Source: Acidobacteriota bacterium (GTDB taxonomy: Bacteria; Acidobacteriota; UBA890; WLXD01). From it: a stretch of 64,000 nt of DNA. Of the stretch, positions 38,663 to 47,212 are shown one piece after another (position 1 is the stretch's first letter; every line of letters starts with the position of its first letter). The notes under the pieces are model-generated. The model saw nothing but the letters and a program-made list of their open reading frames with translations, searched no databases and was not told the origin of the DNA. The stretch is from NCBI GenBank assembly GCA_965248695.1, contig CBDFKD010000002.1:2432001-2496000 (forward strand), written 5' to 3'. Both the position numbers and the translations under genes were made by a program.

Positions 38663-40930
38663 CTAGTCCTCCGCCACGGCGACGACGTGGTGTCGCGTTC
38701 GAAAGATCAACATGTCGTCCACGGCCGCCGGGGTAGCCATGATGATCTCGCCCATCGCGTTGACGGCCAAGCGCTCGAACTCCCTGCCGGCCTGAATCAC
38801 GACTACGTCGCCGTCCTCGCTCGAGAAGTACAGGCGGCCGTCGGCCGCTATCGGCGACGCCGAGTAGTGGCTGCCGCGGCTGAGGCGGGCCTGGTAGAGA
38901 CGGCTCCCGGTGGCGGCATCGTAGGCGGCGAGGATGCCGGTGTCCGAGCTCACATACAGGACGTCCCCGTAGAGAATCGGGGTCGGAATGAACGCACCAC
39001 CACGGTGGGTGCTCCACGCCACGTAGTCGTTCGAGACCGCGTCATCCGTCGGGGTGATGTCGCCGCCCCCACCGGGGCGGACGGCGTAGATCGGCTGCAC
39101 GCTACCGCCGCTGCCGCTCGTCAAGTAGATCAATCCGTGGCCGCTGATCGGTGCCGGAATGGCGTAGATCGAGTGCTTGGCCAGCCTCCATAGCTCCTCT
39201 CCGGTCTGCGGGTCGTAGCCGCGCGCGAAGTTCGGGGCCAGGGTGACGAGCTCGGTGCGTGGTGGACCCTCGTAGATCAACGGTGTCGCCCACGAAGGCG
39301 CCTCGTCGCGGGCGGTGCGCCAGACTTCGGCGCCGGTCTCGATATCGAACGCGGCGATGAACGAGTCGGCGAGCAGGTCCACCTGCAGAATCACGAGCCG
39401 ATCGTGAATGATTGGCGAGGCAGCCGTGCCCCACTCATAACTCGGATCTACGACATACCCCGACCCGAGCGTACCGAGGTCGCGCGACCACAGCAGGGTC
39501 CCCGCGGTGTCGTAGCAGTAGAGCCCCTCCGAGCCGAACCAAACCACGACGTGCGTCCCGTCGGTCACCGGCGTGGCATTGGCCTGAGACTGGCTCACGT
39601 GGCGCGCCGTCCGCGGGATCCCTTCGCGGGCCTCGCGTTCCCAGAGGACCTCGCCGCTCTCCCGATCGAGCGCATAGACACGCCAAGAGTGTGGCTCCCG
39701 ATCTGTCGTCGACCGGTTGTCGGCGTCGAGGAAGGAGTAGGCGTCAAAGCCATGACGAAAGGCCGTCGGGTCGTCGGTCAGGGCTACCGCTGTCGTCACG
39801 AAGATACGGCTGTCCCAGACGATCGGACTCGAATGACCTAGCCCCGGGATCGAAGTCTTCCAAGCGACGTTGATCGAGCCTTCGAGGTCCCAGGTCGTTG
39901 GCGGTACGGCGTCGAGAGCAACCCCAGAGCCCCGGACACCCCGGAACGATGGCCAGCGCGCCCCGGTTGCGGCCACCGGGGCGGCGACCGGGCGATCAAA
40001 CGCCGGCTGTAGTGTTCGTGCCGGCTTCGCTCTCGGCACCGGATCGGCGGTCCGCACGAACACCTCCGTGATGCCCTCTTCCCGGAGGCTTATCTTGCGC
40101 GGCGTCGGCAACCCGACCGGTCTGCTGACGAGCTTGGTGCGGTCGAACGATTTGAAGCTCAGCAGGTCGAGCGGCAGTAAGCCGACGCTCGGCTGTCCGG
40201 CCCGCTCGAGCAGCAGCTGGTCCGAATGGACGCTCGGCGCCAGGGTCAGCGAGCTCCCGGCGGCGTTTCGATAGATCCCCACCCAGAGGTCGCGCCGTTC
40301 CGCCGACGACAGACGATCGATCGGTCGAGGCTCGATCGCGCCCGCGGCCCGCAACGTTTCGGCGAGATCCGCCAGATCGTAGCTAACCGCGGCCTCGTAG
40401 GCGACGTTGAGTAACGACGGGTCGACCCCGCCCCTGGCGACGATCCTCTTCACCACGTCGAACCGGCCACTCCATATCAGATCCAGAAGTGACTCGCCGG
40501 CCGCGCCGGCACCCGCCTCGAGAAGCAGCTCGAGCATCGTTACCCGGGTCTCTTCTGCGGCTCCGGTACCTCCCATCCCGGCATGTCGCAACGGTGTCCG
40601 GCCCCACTCGAGATCCTTGGTGTCCGGATCGGCTCCGTTCTCGAGCAGCAACCGGACGATCTCGAGATGGCCTCGTTCGGCAGCAATATAGAGCGCCGTG
40701 GCGCCGCGGTCATTCGCAACCTCGACGTCCACACCATGGGCGAGCAGTGCGCCCACCGTGGCGGCATCGCCGTGGCCGGCCGCTTCTAGCAGGCGGTGAT
40801 CGCGGGACGGTGCCTGCAGCGTGGGGCCTGTGACGAGCACCGCGCAAAGTCCGGCACACAGAAACCACGCGTCAGATGCTGGCCCTTGCGCGTTCGCCAT
40901 CGGCCGCCGGACTGGGGAGAAGGTGCTCAT
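38663..40930 (-). CDS. Ankyrin-repeat + PQQ-like beta-propeller protein
   Basis: GATALYIAAERGHLEIVRLLLENGAD; WPSFRG, GLGHSSPIVW, SASPIAADGRLY; start codon uncertain. Confidence 0.85.
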   Translation of the reverse strand: MSTFSPVRRPMANAQGPASDAWFLCAGLCAVLVTGPTLQAPSRDHRLLEAAGHGDAATVGALLAHGVDVEVANDRGATALYIAAERGHLEIVRLLLENGADPDTKDLEWGRTPLRHAGMGGTGAAEETRVTMLELLLEAGAGAAGESLLDLIWSGRFDVVKRIVARGGVDPSLLNVAYEAAVSYDLADLAETLRAAGAIEPRPIDRLSSAERRDLWVGIYRNAAGSSLTLAPSVHSDQLLLERAGQPSVGLLPLDLLSFKSFDRTKLVSRPVGLPTPRKISLREEGITEVFVRTADPVPRAKPARTLQPAFDRPVAAPVAATGARWPSFRGVRGSGVALDAVPPTTWDLEGSINVAWKTSIPGLGHSSPIVWDSRIFVTTAVALTDDPTAFRHGFDAYSFLDADNRSTTDREPHSWRVYALDRESGEVLWEREAREGIPRTARHVSQSQANATPVTDGTHVVVWFGSEGLYCYDTAGTLLWSRDLGTLGSGYVVDPSYEWGTAASPIIHDRLVILQVDLLADSFIAAFDIETGAEVWRTARDEAPSWATPLIYEGPPRTELVTLAPNFARGYDPQTGEELWRLAKHSIYAIPAPISGHGLIYLTSGSGGSVQPIYAVRPGGGGDITPTDDAVSNDYVAWSTHRGGAFIPTPILYGDVLYVSSDTGILAAYDAATGSRLYQARLSRGSHYSASPIAADGRLYFSSEDGDVVVIQAGREFERLAVNAMGEIIMATPAAVDDMLIFRTRHHVVAVAED

Positions 40931-41308
40931 GGCCTCAATAGTTCGTCTGATTAAGGACCTCGTCTGGCAGGGGCCCTCATGGCGCGGTGCCAACGTATGG
41001 GCCCGCGGCGATAGCCTAGCGCCGCTGCGGACAGGGTCCAAGAGCCACAACGGTGTGCGGCATGGACGCCTGTCTCGAGCCGCTGGGCTGGCGGTCATCC
41101 GAGGCAAGCCCGACGCCGCGTTCCAGGAGCGGCAGATCAGCAACTACGACTATCGCCGTGATCTCCTTGATCCACGTCAGTCGTTACGAACGGCAGCTCC
41201 GCTGGCCGTCGGACCGAGGCGACTTGTTGCTAAACTGCGGGCACAGCTCGGGCACAATCGGCCTCACAAAATCCACCGTGCGGCCCGTAAGTGCCCATGA
41301 ACAAAGGG

Positions 41309-41347
41309 GCGCCCGTAGCTCAGCTGGATAGAGCAGCGGACTTCTAA
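41309..41347 (+). repeat. tRNA-Arg 5' half, copy 6 (type A/type B hybrid junction)
   Basis: 39-nt exact match; type A arm on the left, type B arm on the right. Confidence 0.97.
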
Positions 41348-41485
41348 GTCACTTCACTCGACTGGGCGGGGCTTGTTTCTACTTGTATCTAGTTGCATCC
41401 AATCGACTTGTGCCCGAACCGAAGTGACTGCGAGTTGTATGTTCTTGTATCTAGTTGGACGTAAATTGGCAGGAATTTGGCAAGG
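41348..41485 (+). repeat. Type B left arm (also at 44576-44712)
   Basis: 10-bp-phased TTG(T) runs, then TTGGCAGGAATTTGGCA. Confidence 0.9.
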
Positions 41486-41531
41486 TCTGAGCTGAGTACG
41501 TAGCGTGGCTCGCGAGACTCCGCTGACGCCG

Positions 41532-41570
41532 CTACGGGTCCGTCGGCACGAGCCGCTGCTCGTCGAACCA
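41532..41570 (-). pseudogene. Kinase-TolB C-terminal remnant (WFDEQRLVPTDP*)
   Basis: 3-bp deletion relative to the copy at 44759. Confidence 0.75.
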
Positions 41571-41607
41571 GGTGGTGGCGAGGTTGTGGTCCAGGGCACC
41601 CGCCCGC

Positions 41608-44265
41608 CTAGCCCACGTCCTTGCCGAGCACGACGAGCTTCTTGAGCAGCACCGCGCCTTTGACGTTCCACACCTGTATCTCTGGCGGAGCATCGAACTT
41701 ACGCCCCATCAGGGCAAGGTCTTTGCGTCCCTTGCGTGCGAAGACGATTCCGGCGGCGCCGATCTGCGCGTAGCTGCCGTCGAAGACCTGAACGCGTGAA
41801 CCGGAGGCCTTGCCGTCGCGGCCGAACATCTGGAACCCGACATTGCCGTCGCCCAGGTGGCGCGTGACGACCACGATCTCATCGCCGTTGTCGGCGTTGC
41901 CGTCGAACTCTTGGGGGAACGCGCCGAGCACCTCGTACTCCTTGCCGGCGACCGTGCCGCCTCCCACCCGCTTGGCCTTCTTGCGGCTCGGATCCCACAC
42001 CTCGAAGGCCGCATCGCCGTTAGGCCGCGTGAACCCGACTACCACCAGGCGGCGTACCGCCCCCTTCGGCCCCGGCCGCGACCGAATCGTTCCCCAGCCG
42101 AGCACCGGATCGGCGGCAATGGCACCGCTCTTGGAAAGCTGATTCCCGTTCGCCGCCAGCACCTTGAAGAACGCCCTTGATCTTGTCTTGCGGTACCCGA
42201 CCAGGAGCTCACCGCCGGGCCGGGCAGAATCGAAGTCGCCGACCGTCCACAAGGCCTCGTCGAAGCCCGCGCTGAGGACCTTCTTGTTGAGCAGCGTCTT
42301 GCCGCTGCGCGGATCGACGATGAGCAACGTCGACCCCCTGCCGTTGCCACCGCTGTATGCGGCAACCACCTCGTCGGATCCGTCGTTATCGGTGTCTAAC
42401 CGGAGCCATTGGTGAAACGCCGACTTGGCCCCAATCACGGCGTGATCGGCCAGCTTCTGCAGCTTCTTGCCGCTCGCCGACGTGCCCCAGACGGTGAGAT
42501 GTCCGGTGCCCTTCTTGGCGGTGGTGGCGATCCCGATCTCGTCGCCTCGCGTGCCGTCGTATCTGAGCGCGAACAGCTGGCTGCGCAAGGTGCCTGCCGC
42601 CCCCACCGTCTTGCGATCGCGCAGCGCACCCTTGTCGCTGCGCAACTGCAGCTCTCTCACACCGGTGTCGAGGCCGCCGAGGAACAGCACCTCGGCCTTG
42701 CCTTTGCCGTCGGTGTCTACAGTGGTTGTGTACATGGCAGTGAACTTCTTCCCGGCGAAGAAGTTCCACACTCGCTTGCCTTTGTCGTTGTAGGCCTGGC
42801 TCCAGGCACCCCGAGCCGAGCCGCGGAACTCGATACTGTTGGCGCCAAGAGTCTGGAGGTCGTCGCCGACGAGGTTCCGTGTTCTTCCGGGCAGGTGCGC
42901 CGACGCTCCCGAGACTCCGGGACGAGCGCCGTTGGCAAGCCCCCGCGACGCGAACGCCACCCGCGAACAAGGGAATGCCGGGCGTGGGGGTGGGAGTAGA
43001 CCGATGCCGAGGACGCTGCCGCTGCCCGCCGCGCCTGAGTCGACAATGCCGCGGGAGAACGGGTCTACTTCGAACGTGCGGGCGGCCCTCGACAGGAAGA
43101 AATGGACGAACTGTATCGATCTCCGCACCCGTGCCGACGCGCACCCATCGTGATACTGAAAGACCGAGCGGGATTGACCGTTGATCGAGATTCCACCCTG
43201 CAAATTGTCCCCGAGATTATGATCGAGAGCGAAGCCCACGATGCCACCCTGTTGGTTCAGCGTGTTCTCGATGATTTTGATCCTCGGGTCGCTCGCCACC
43301 ACGATCCAGGGGTCGGGGGCGGCGCCGGTGACGGTGACGGTCAATTCGCGTTCGCAACCCTCAGTATCACAGAATGTCGGCGTCGACGGGGAGATCGTGA
43401 AGCTCACGTCACCTCCACCACCGCCGCCGCCACCGCCGCCGTCGTCGTCTTCGATGGTGCCGACTCCCTGCCCGTCGCCGATCGTCGGTTTCGCCGATCG
43501 AGCGATGTTGGACAAGTTCACGAAGAAGGTCTCGTCGCCCTCGTCGTCCGAGTCACCGTTCACTGAGACGTTGAACGTCTTGGTCTCGCCGGCGTTGCCG
43601 TTGAAGCTCAGCGTGCTGGTCTTGGCGGTGTAGTCGCTGCCGGCCGTGGCGCTGCCGTCGGCTGTCGCGGCCTGGACGGTGAAAGCGTCCGAGGCGGCCG
43701 ACAGCGTCACCGTGAAGCTGAAGTTCTTGCTGCCGCTGTCGCCCTCAACCGCCGTGACGTCGTTGATCGACACCGTCGCGTTGCCACCGCCCCCACCGGT
43801 GTCGCCGTCGGGGGTGATGGTGACCGTCGCCGTGTCGTCGCCGATCGTCACATCTGCAGCGCCGGCTCCCCCCACGCCGGTGATCTTCACGGTGAAGGTC
43901 TCGTTGCCCTCCACCTCCGTGTCGTCATGGATCTCGATGTTGAAGATTTTGGTTTGCGGCAGTCCCGTACCGGTCAGCGTCGTCGTTCGCCCAGTGTAGT
44001 CAGCGCCGTCCGTGGCAGTGTCGCCTGGCCCCGTGAATGCGGTAATGGTGAATTCGAAGTTGGGGGCGTTGCCGGTGAACGTCACGGGTACCAGGACCTG
44101 TGTGTCGCCCTCAACGACCGAGGTGTCGCCGACCGACAGCGTGCCGGGTAACTTGCCGCTCGCGGTCGGGCCAGCGGCGGCGATCTGCGGGGCGGAGATC
44201 AGCAGGATCGCCGCCAGCGCCAGCGCCGGGGATTTCAAACTCAATCCGAGATACTTGCGCATCAT
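41608..44265 (-). CDS. Secreted Calx-beta domain protein with C-terminal FG-GAP-like region
   Basis: Signal peptide from MMRKY; two Calx-beta domains (VEGD...ATAGSDY...DETF...GTIEDDD); DTDxDG motifs. Confidence 0.82.
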   Translation of the reverse strand: MMRKYLGLSLKSPALALAAILLISAPQIAAAGPTASGKLPGTLSVGDTSVVEGDTQVLVPVTFTGNAPNFEFTITAFTGPGDTATDGADYTGRTTTLTGTGLPQTKIFNIEIHDDTEVEGNETFTVKITGVGGAGAADVTIGDDTATVTITPDGDTGGGGGNATVSINDVTAVEGDSGSKNFSFTVTLSAASDAFTVQAATADGSATAGSDYTAKTSTLSFNGNAGETKTFNVSVNGDSDDEGDETFFVNLSNIARSAKPTIGDGQGVGTIEDDDGGGGGGGGGGDVSFTISPSTPTFCDTEGCERELTVTVTGAAPDPWIVVASDPRIKIIENTLNQQGGIVGFALDHNLGDNLQGGISINGQSRSVFQYHDGCASARVRRSIQFVHFFLSRAARTFEVDPFSRGIVDSGAAGSGSVLGIGLLPPPRPAFPCSRVAFASRGLANGARPGVSGASAHLPGRTRNLVGDDLQTLGANSIEFRGSARGAWSQAYNDKGKRVWNFFAGKKFTAMYTTTVDTDGKGKAEVLFLGGLDTGVRELQLRSDKGALRDRKTVGAAGTLRSQLFALRYDGTRGDEIGIATTAKKGTGHLTVWGTSASGKKLQKLADHAVIGAKSAFHQWLRLDTDNDGSDEVVAAYSGGNGRGSTLLIVDPRSGKTLLNKKVLSAGFDEALWTVGDFDSARPGGELLVGYRKTRSRAFFKVLAANGNQLSKSGAIAADPVLGWGTIRSRPGPKGAVRRLVVVGFTRPNGDAAFEVWDPSRKKAKRVGGGTVAGKEYEVLGAFPQEFDGNADNGDEIVVVTRHLGDGNVGFQMFGRDGKASGSRVQVFDGSYAQIGAAGIVFARKGRKDLALMGRKFDAPPEIQVWNVKGAVLLKKLVVLGKDVG

Positions 44266-44340
44266 CCCCATCCTTTGAGGTCCCTGGCTACGGGACCCGT
44301 AGCCGATGCGGTCGCTTTCTAACGCGACGCCAGGCGAACC

Positions 44341-44536
44341 AGGACCCGTGACCATCCCACAAAACTGAACCCAGCGCGCGACCGCGCCCCCACCGTTGCG
44401 TTTCGCGTTCTTGGCACTCAGGCTGCCGGATATGATGAGCGTGCGGTTTGGCAGGGAATAGGCAAAGTCGCGTTAGGGCTCGATGGCGATCGGGTCGGCC
44501 TTGCCGTAAGTCATTGGTTCTATTGAACTTCTATGT
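44341..44536 (+). repeat. Type B right end (identical by eye to ~46886-47081)
   Basis: Contains TTTGGCAGGGAATAGGCA and TAAGTCATTGGTT before the tRNA sequence. Confidence 0.9.
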
Positions 44537-44575
44537 GCGCCCGTAGCTCAGCTGGATAGAGCAGCGGACTTCTAA
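44537..44575 (+). repeat. tRNA-Arg 5' half, copy 7
   Basis: 39-nt exact match. Confidence 0.97.
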
Positions 44576-44758
44576 GTCATTTCACTCGACTGTGCGCGTC
44601 TTGTTTCTACTTGTATCTAGTTGCATCCAGTCGACTTGTGCCCGAAGACGACTGACTCCCAGTTGTATGTACTTGTATCTAGTTGGACGTGAATTGGCAG
44701 GAATTTGGCAGGGCGGGCAGATCGAGGGTTGAGCTAGTTTTCGGGGTGCAGCCGGGCG

Positions 44759-44815
44759 CTACGGGTCCGTCGGTACGAGCCGCTTCAGCTCGTCGAACCA
44801 GTTGGTGACCAAGTT
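44759..44815 (-). pseudogene. Kinase-TolB C-terminal remnant (NLVTNWFDELKRLVPTDP*)
   Basis: Manual translation. Confidence 0.82.
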
Positions 44816-44837
44816 GTCGTCCAGGTCACCCGCCCGC

Positions 44838-46907
44838 CTACTCCACGTCCTTGCTCAGCACCGCGATCTTCTTCAGCAACACGCCACCGTTGACGTTCCA
44901 GACCTGCACTTCTGGTTGGCTACCTACCTGGCGCGCCATCAGCGACAGGTCGACACGTCCCTTGCGCGCGAAGACGATCGGGCTGGCACTGGGGTTGATG
45001 TAGGTTCCGTCGAACACCTGCACCCGATCCCCGCGCTGCCTGCCGTCACGTCCGAACATCTGGAAGCCGATGTTGCCGTCGCCCACGTGGCGACTCACGA
45101 CGACGATCTCCCATCCGTTGTCGCCATCGCCGTCGAAGTCGAAGGCCGCGTCGCCGTTGGCACGGGTGAAGGCGACGACCACCAGGTCGCGGACGGTGCC
45201 CTTGGGGCCCGGCTTGGACTGGATCGCTCCCCATCCGTGCAGCGACTTGGCAGCGATGCTCTTGCTCGTCGAGAGTACTGCGCCGCTGGTCGCGAGCACC
45301 TTGAAGAACCCCTTGCTCTTCTTGCGGTACCCGACCAGGAGCTCGGCACCTGATCTGTCCGGATCGAAGTCGCCGGGCATCCACACGGCCTGGTCGAAAC
45401 CGGTCTTCAGGACGGTCTTGTTCACCAGCGTCTCGCCAGTCCGCGGATCGACAACGCGCAACGTCGCGCCTTTGCCGCTGGGAGCGCTGTAGCCTACGAC
45501 CATCTCGTGGCGGCCGTCGTCGTCGATGTCGAGCGGCATCCACTGATGGTTGGCCGACTTCGCCCCGACAACGGTGTGCTCGGCAAGCTTTCGCAGCTTC
45601 TTGCCTGACCGATCCCAGATCGCCAACTGGCCGGTGCCGTTCTTGGCCACATAAGCAATGCCGATCTCCTGACCCCGCTTGCCGTCGTGCTCTAGATTCA
45701 TCAGCCGTGCCGCTGTGGATCGGGCTGGAGTTACCGACTTCCGGTCCTGAAGTGCGCCGCTGGAGCTGCGCAGCTGGAGCTCTGTTGTGCCGGACCCCTG
45801 GTTACCGAGAACCACGGGCTCCGGCTTGCCGTTGCCTTCGGTGTCGATGCGCAGCAGTTGGAGGCCGGGAAACTTAGGGCCGGTGAACAGGTTCAGCGAC
45901 CGCTTGCCTCGACTGTTGTACTGCTGCACCCATGGGCCTCGCGCCGCGCCGCGATACTCCGGTGCGAGCACGTGGATCTCGTCGAGACCTTTGGCTCGGC
46001 GCGAGTCCGCGCGTCCGTCCGCGAAACCCCCGGCCGCCGGACTCGGCGGCTGGTTCTGCGATGAGTTGTTGCGGTTACTGGAATCGTTGTAATCGTCCTT
46101 GATGGACAGCCCGTAGAGAAACTGGTCATCGAGAGGGATTCCATCGATGTCACTGGCGATCGGAAAAAGAGTCCATGACGGGATACCACCGATCGAAGGT
46201 GTTGGAGCACTGCAAACGCAGGCTATTGCCACCTCTTCGGATATGGCCGAGGTCTGGGACACCGTATGCGTTTGGCTGCCGATGCGGACAGACGCAGACC
46301 GATTGAAACCGGTTTTGTTTGAGAAAACGCCGTAGAACAGACTGCCGTCGTCCTTTTCCTTCGCCGACTCAATCTGGATCCAGCTGTCGCTTGTTGAAGC
46401 GTTCCAGGTACCGGAGCCTCGGACCTTGATCTCAGAGCCTGAATACCCGTGCGCGGCAAAGCTGCGCGCCTGGTCGGAGATTTCGAGGCTGTCACCGCCG
46501 CCACCGTCGTCGTTTTGGATGGTGCCGACTCCCACCGGGAGGTTGTTGTTCGCCGGTATGTTCCCCGAGCCCTGGACGTTCGACAGCTGCACTTTGAAGG
46601 TCTCGTCGGGCTCGTCTTTGGTGTCGCCGAGCACGAGAACGGAGACGTTCTTCGTCTCGCCGGCATTGCCCGTGAAGTTGAGCGTTTGCTTGTTGATGGG
46701 CCCGTAGTCTTCGCCGCTGGTAGCGGTGCCGTTGGCGGTGGCAGCATCAACGCTGAACGAAGCGCTGGCAGTCGATAGCGTCACGGTGAAGTCGAAGGCC
46801 GTACCGTCGCCATCTCCGCCCTCTAGCTTGCTGACGTTGTTGATCGACAGCGTCGGGGTGTCGCCGCGGTCGCTTTCTAACGCGAAGGACCCGTGACCAT
46901 CCCACAA
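44838..46907 (-). pseudogene. Calx-beta paralog, 5'-truncated (no signal peptide or first Calx domain) with an internal in-frame deletion
   Basis: Upstream sequence (ALESDR) fused directly to a Calx domain; ~31 aa missing at AAF/DFDG relative to the paralog. Confidence 0.7.
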
Positions 46908-47081
46908 AACTGAACCCAGCGCGCGACCGCGCCCCCACCGTTGCGTTTCGCGTTCTTGGCACTCAGGCTGCCGGATATGATGAGCGTGCGGTTTGGCAGG
47001 GAATAGGCAAAGTCGCGTTAGGGCTCGATGGCGATCGGGTCGGCCTTGCCGTAAGTCATTGGTTCTATTGAACTTCTATGT

Positions 47082-47155
47082 GCGCCCGTAGCTCAGCTGG
47101 ATAGAGCAGCGGACTTCTAATCCGCAGGTCGGAGGTTCGAATCCTCCCGGGCGCG
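47082..47155 (+). tRNA. tRNA-Arg(TCT), CCA not encoded
   Basis: Full cloverleaf: GCGCCCG/CGGGCGC, GCTC/GAGC, GCGGA-CTTCTAA-TCCGC, GGAGG-TTCGAAT-CCTCC. Confidence 0.98.
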
Positions 47156-47212
47156 CCTTTGTGTTCACAACTTGCGAGGATTCAGGGCCGTCGAAGCCTC
47201 TCTGAACGATCC

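Larger units (their letters stand above)
20044..47155 (+). mobile_element. Tandem array of seven integrase-less cassettes integrated at tRNA-Arg(TCT)
   Basis: Seven 5'-half tRNA copies plus the intact tRNA; conserved arms beside each junction. Confidence 0.85.

Noticed and set aside
20044-44575. Seven additional functional tRNA genes or split/permuted tRNAs
   Set aside because: Each lacks the T arm and 3' acceptor strand, and no free 3' halves were found
20044-47120. CRISPR array or classical integron interpretation of the 39-nt repeats
   Set aside because: The repeat is a tRNA 5' half, the spacers are kilobases of genes, and no cas, intI or attC-like hairpins were seen
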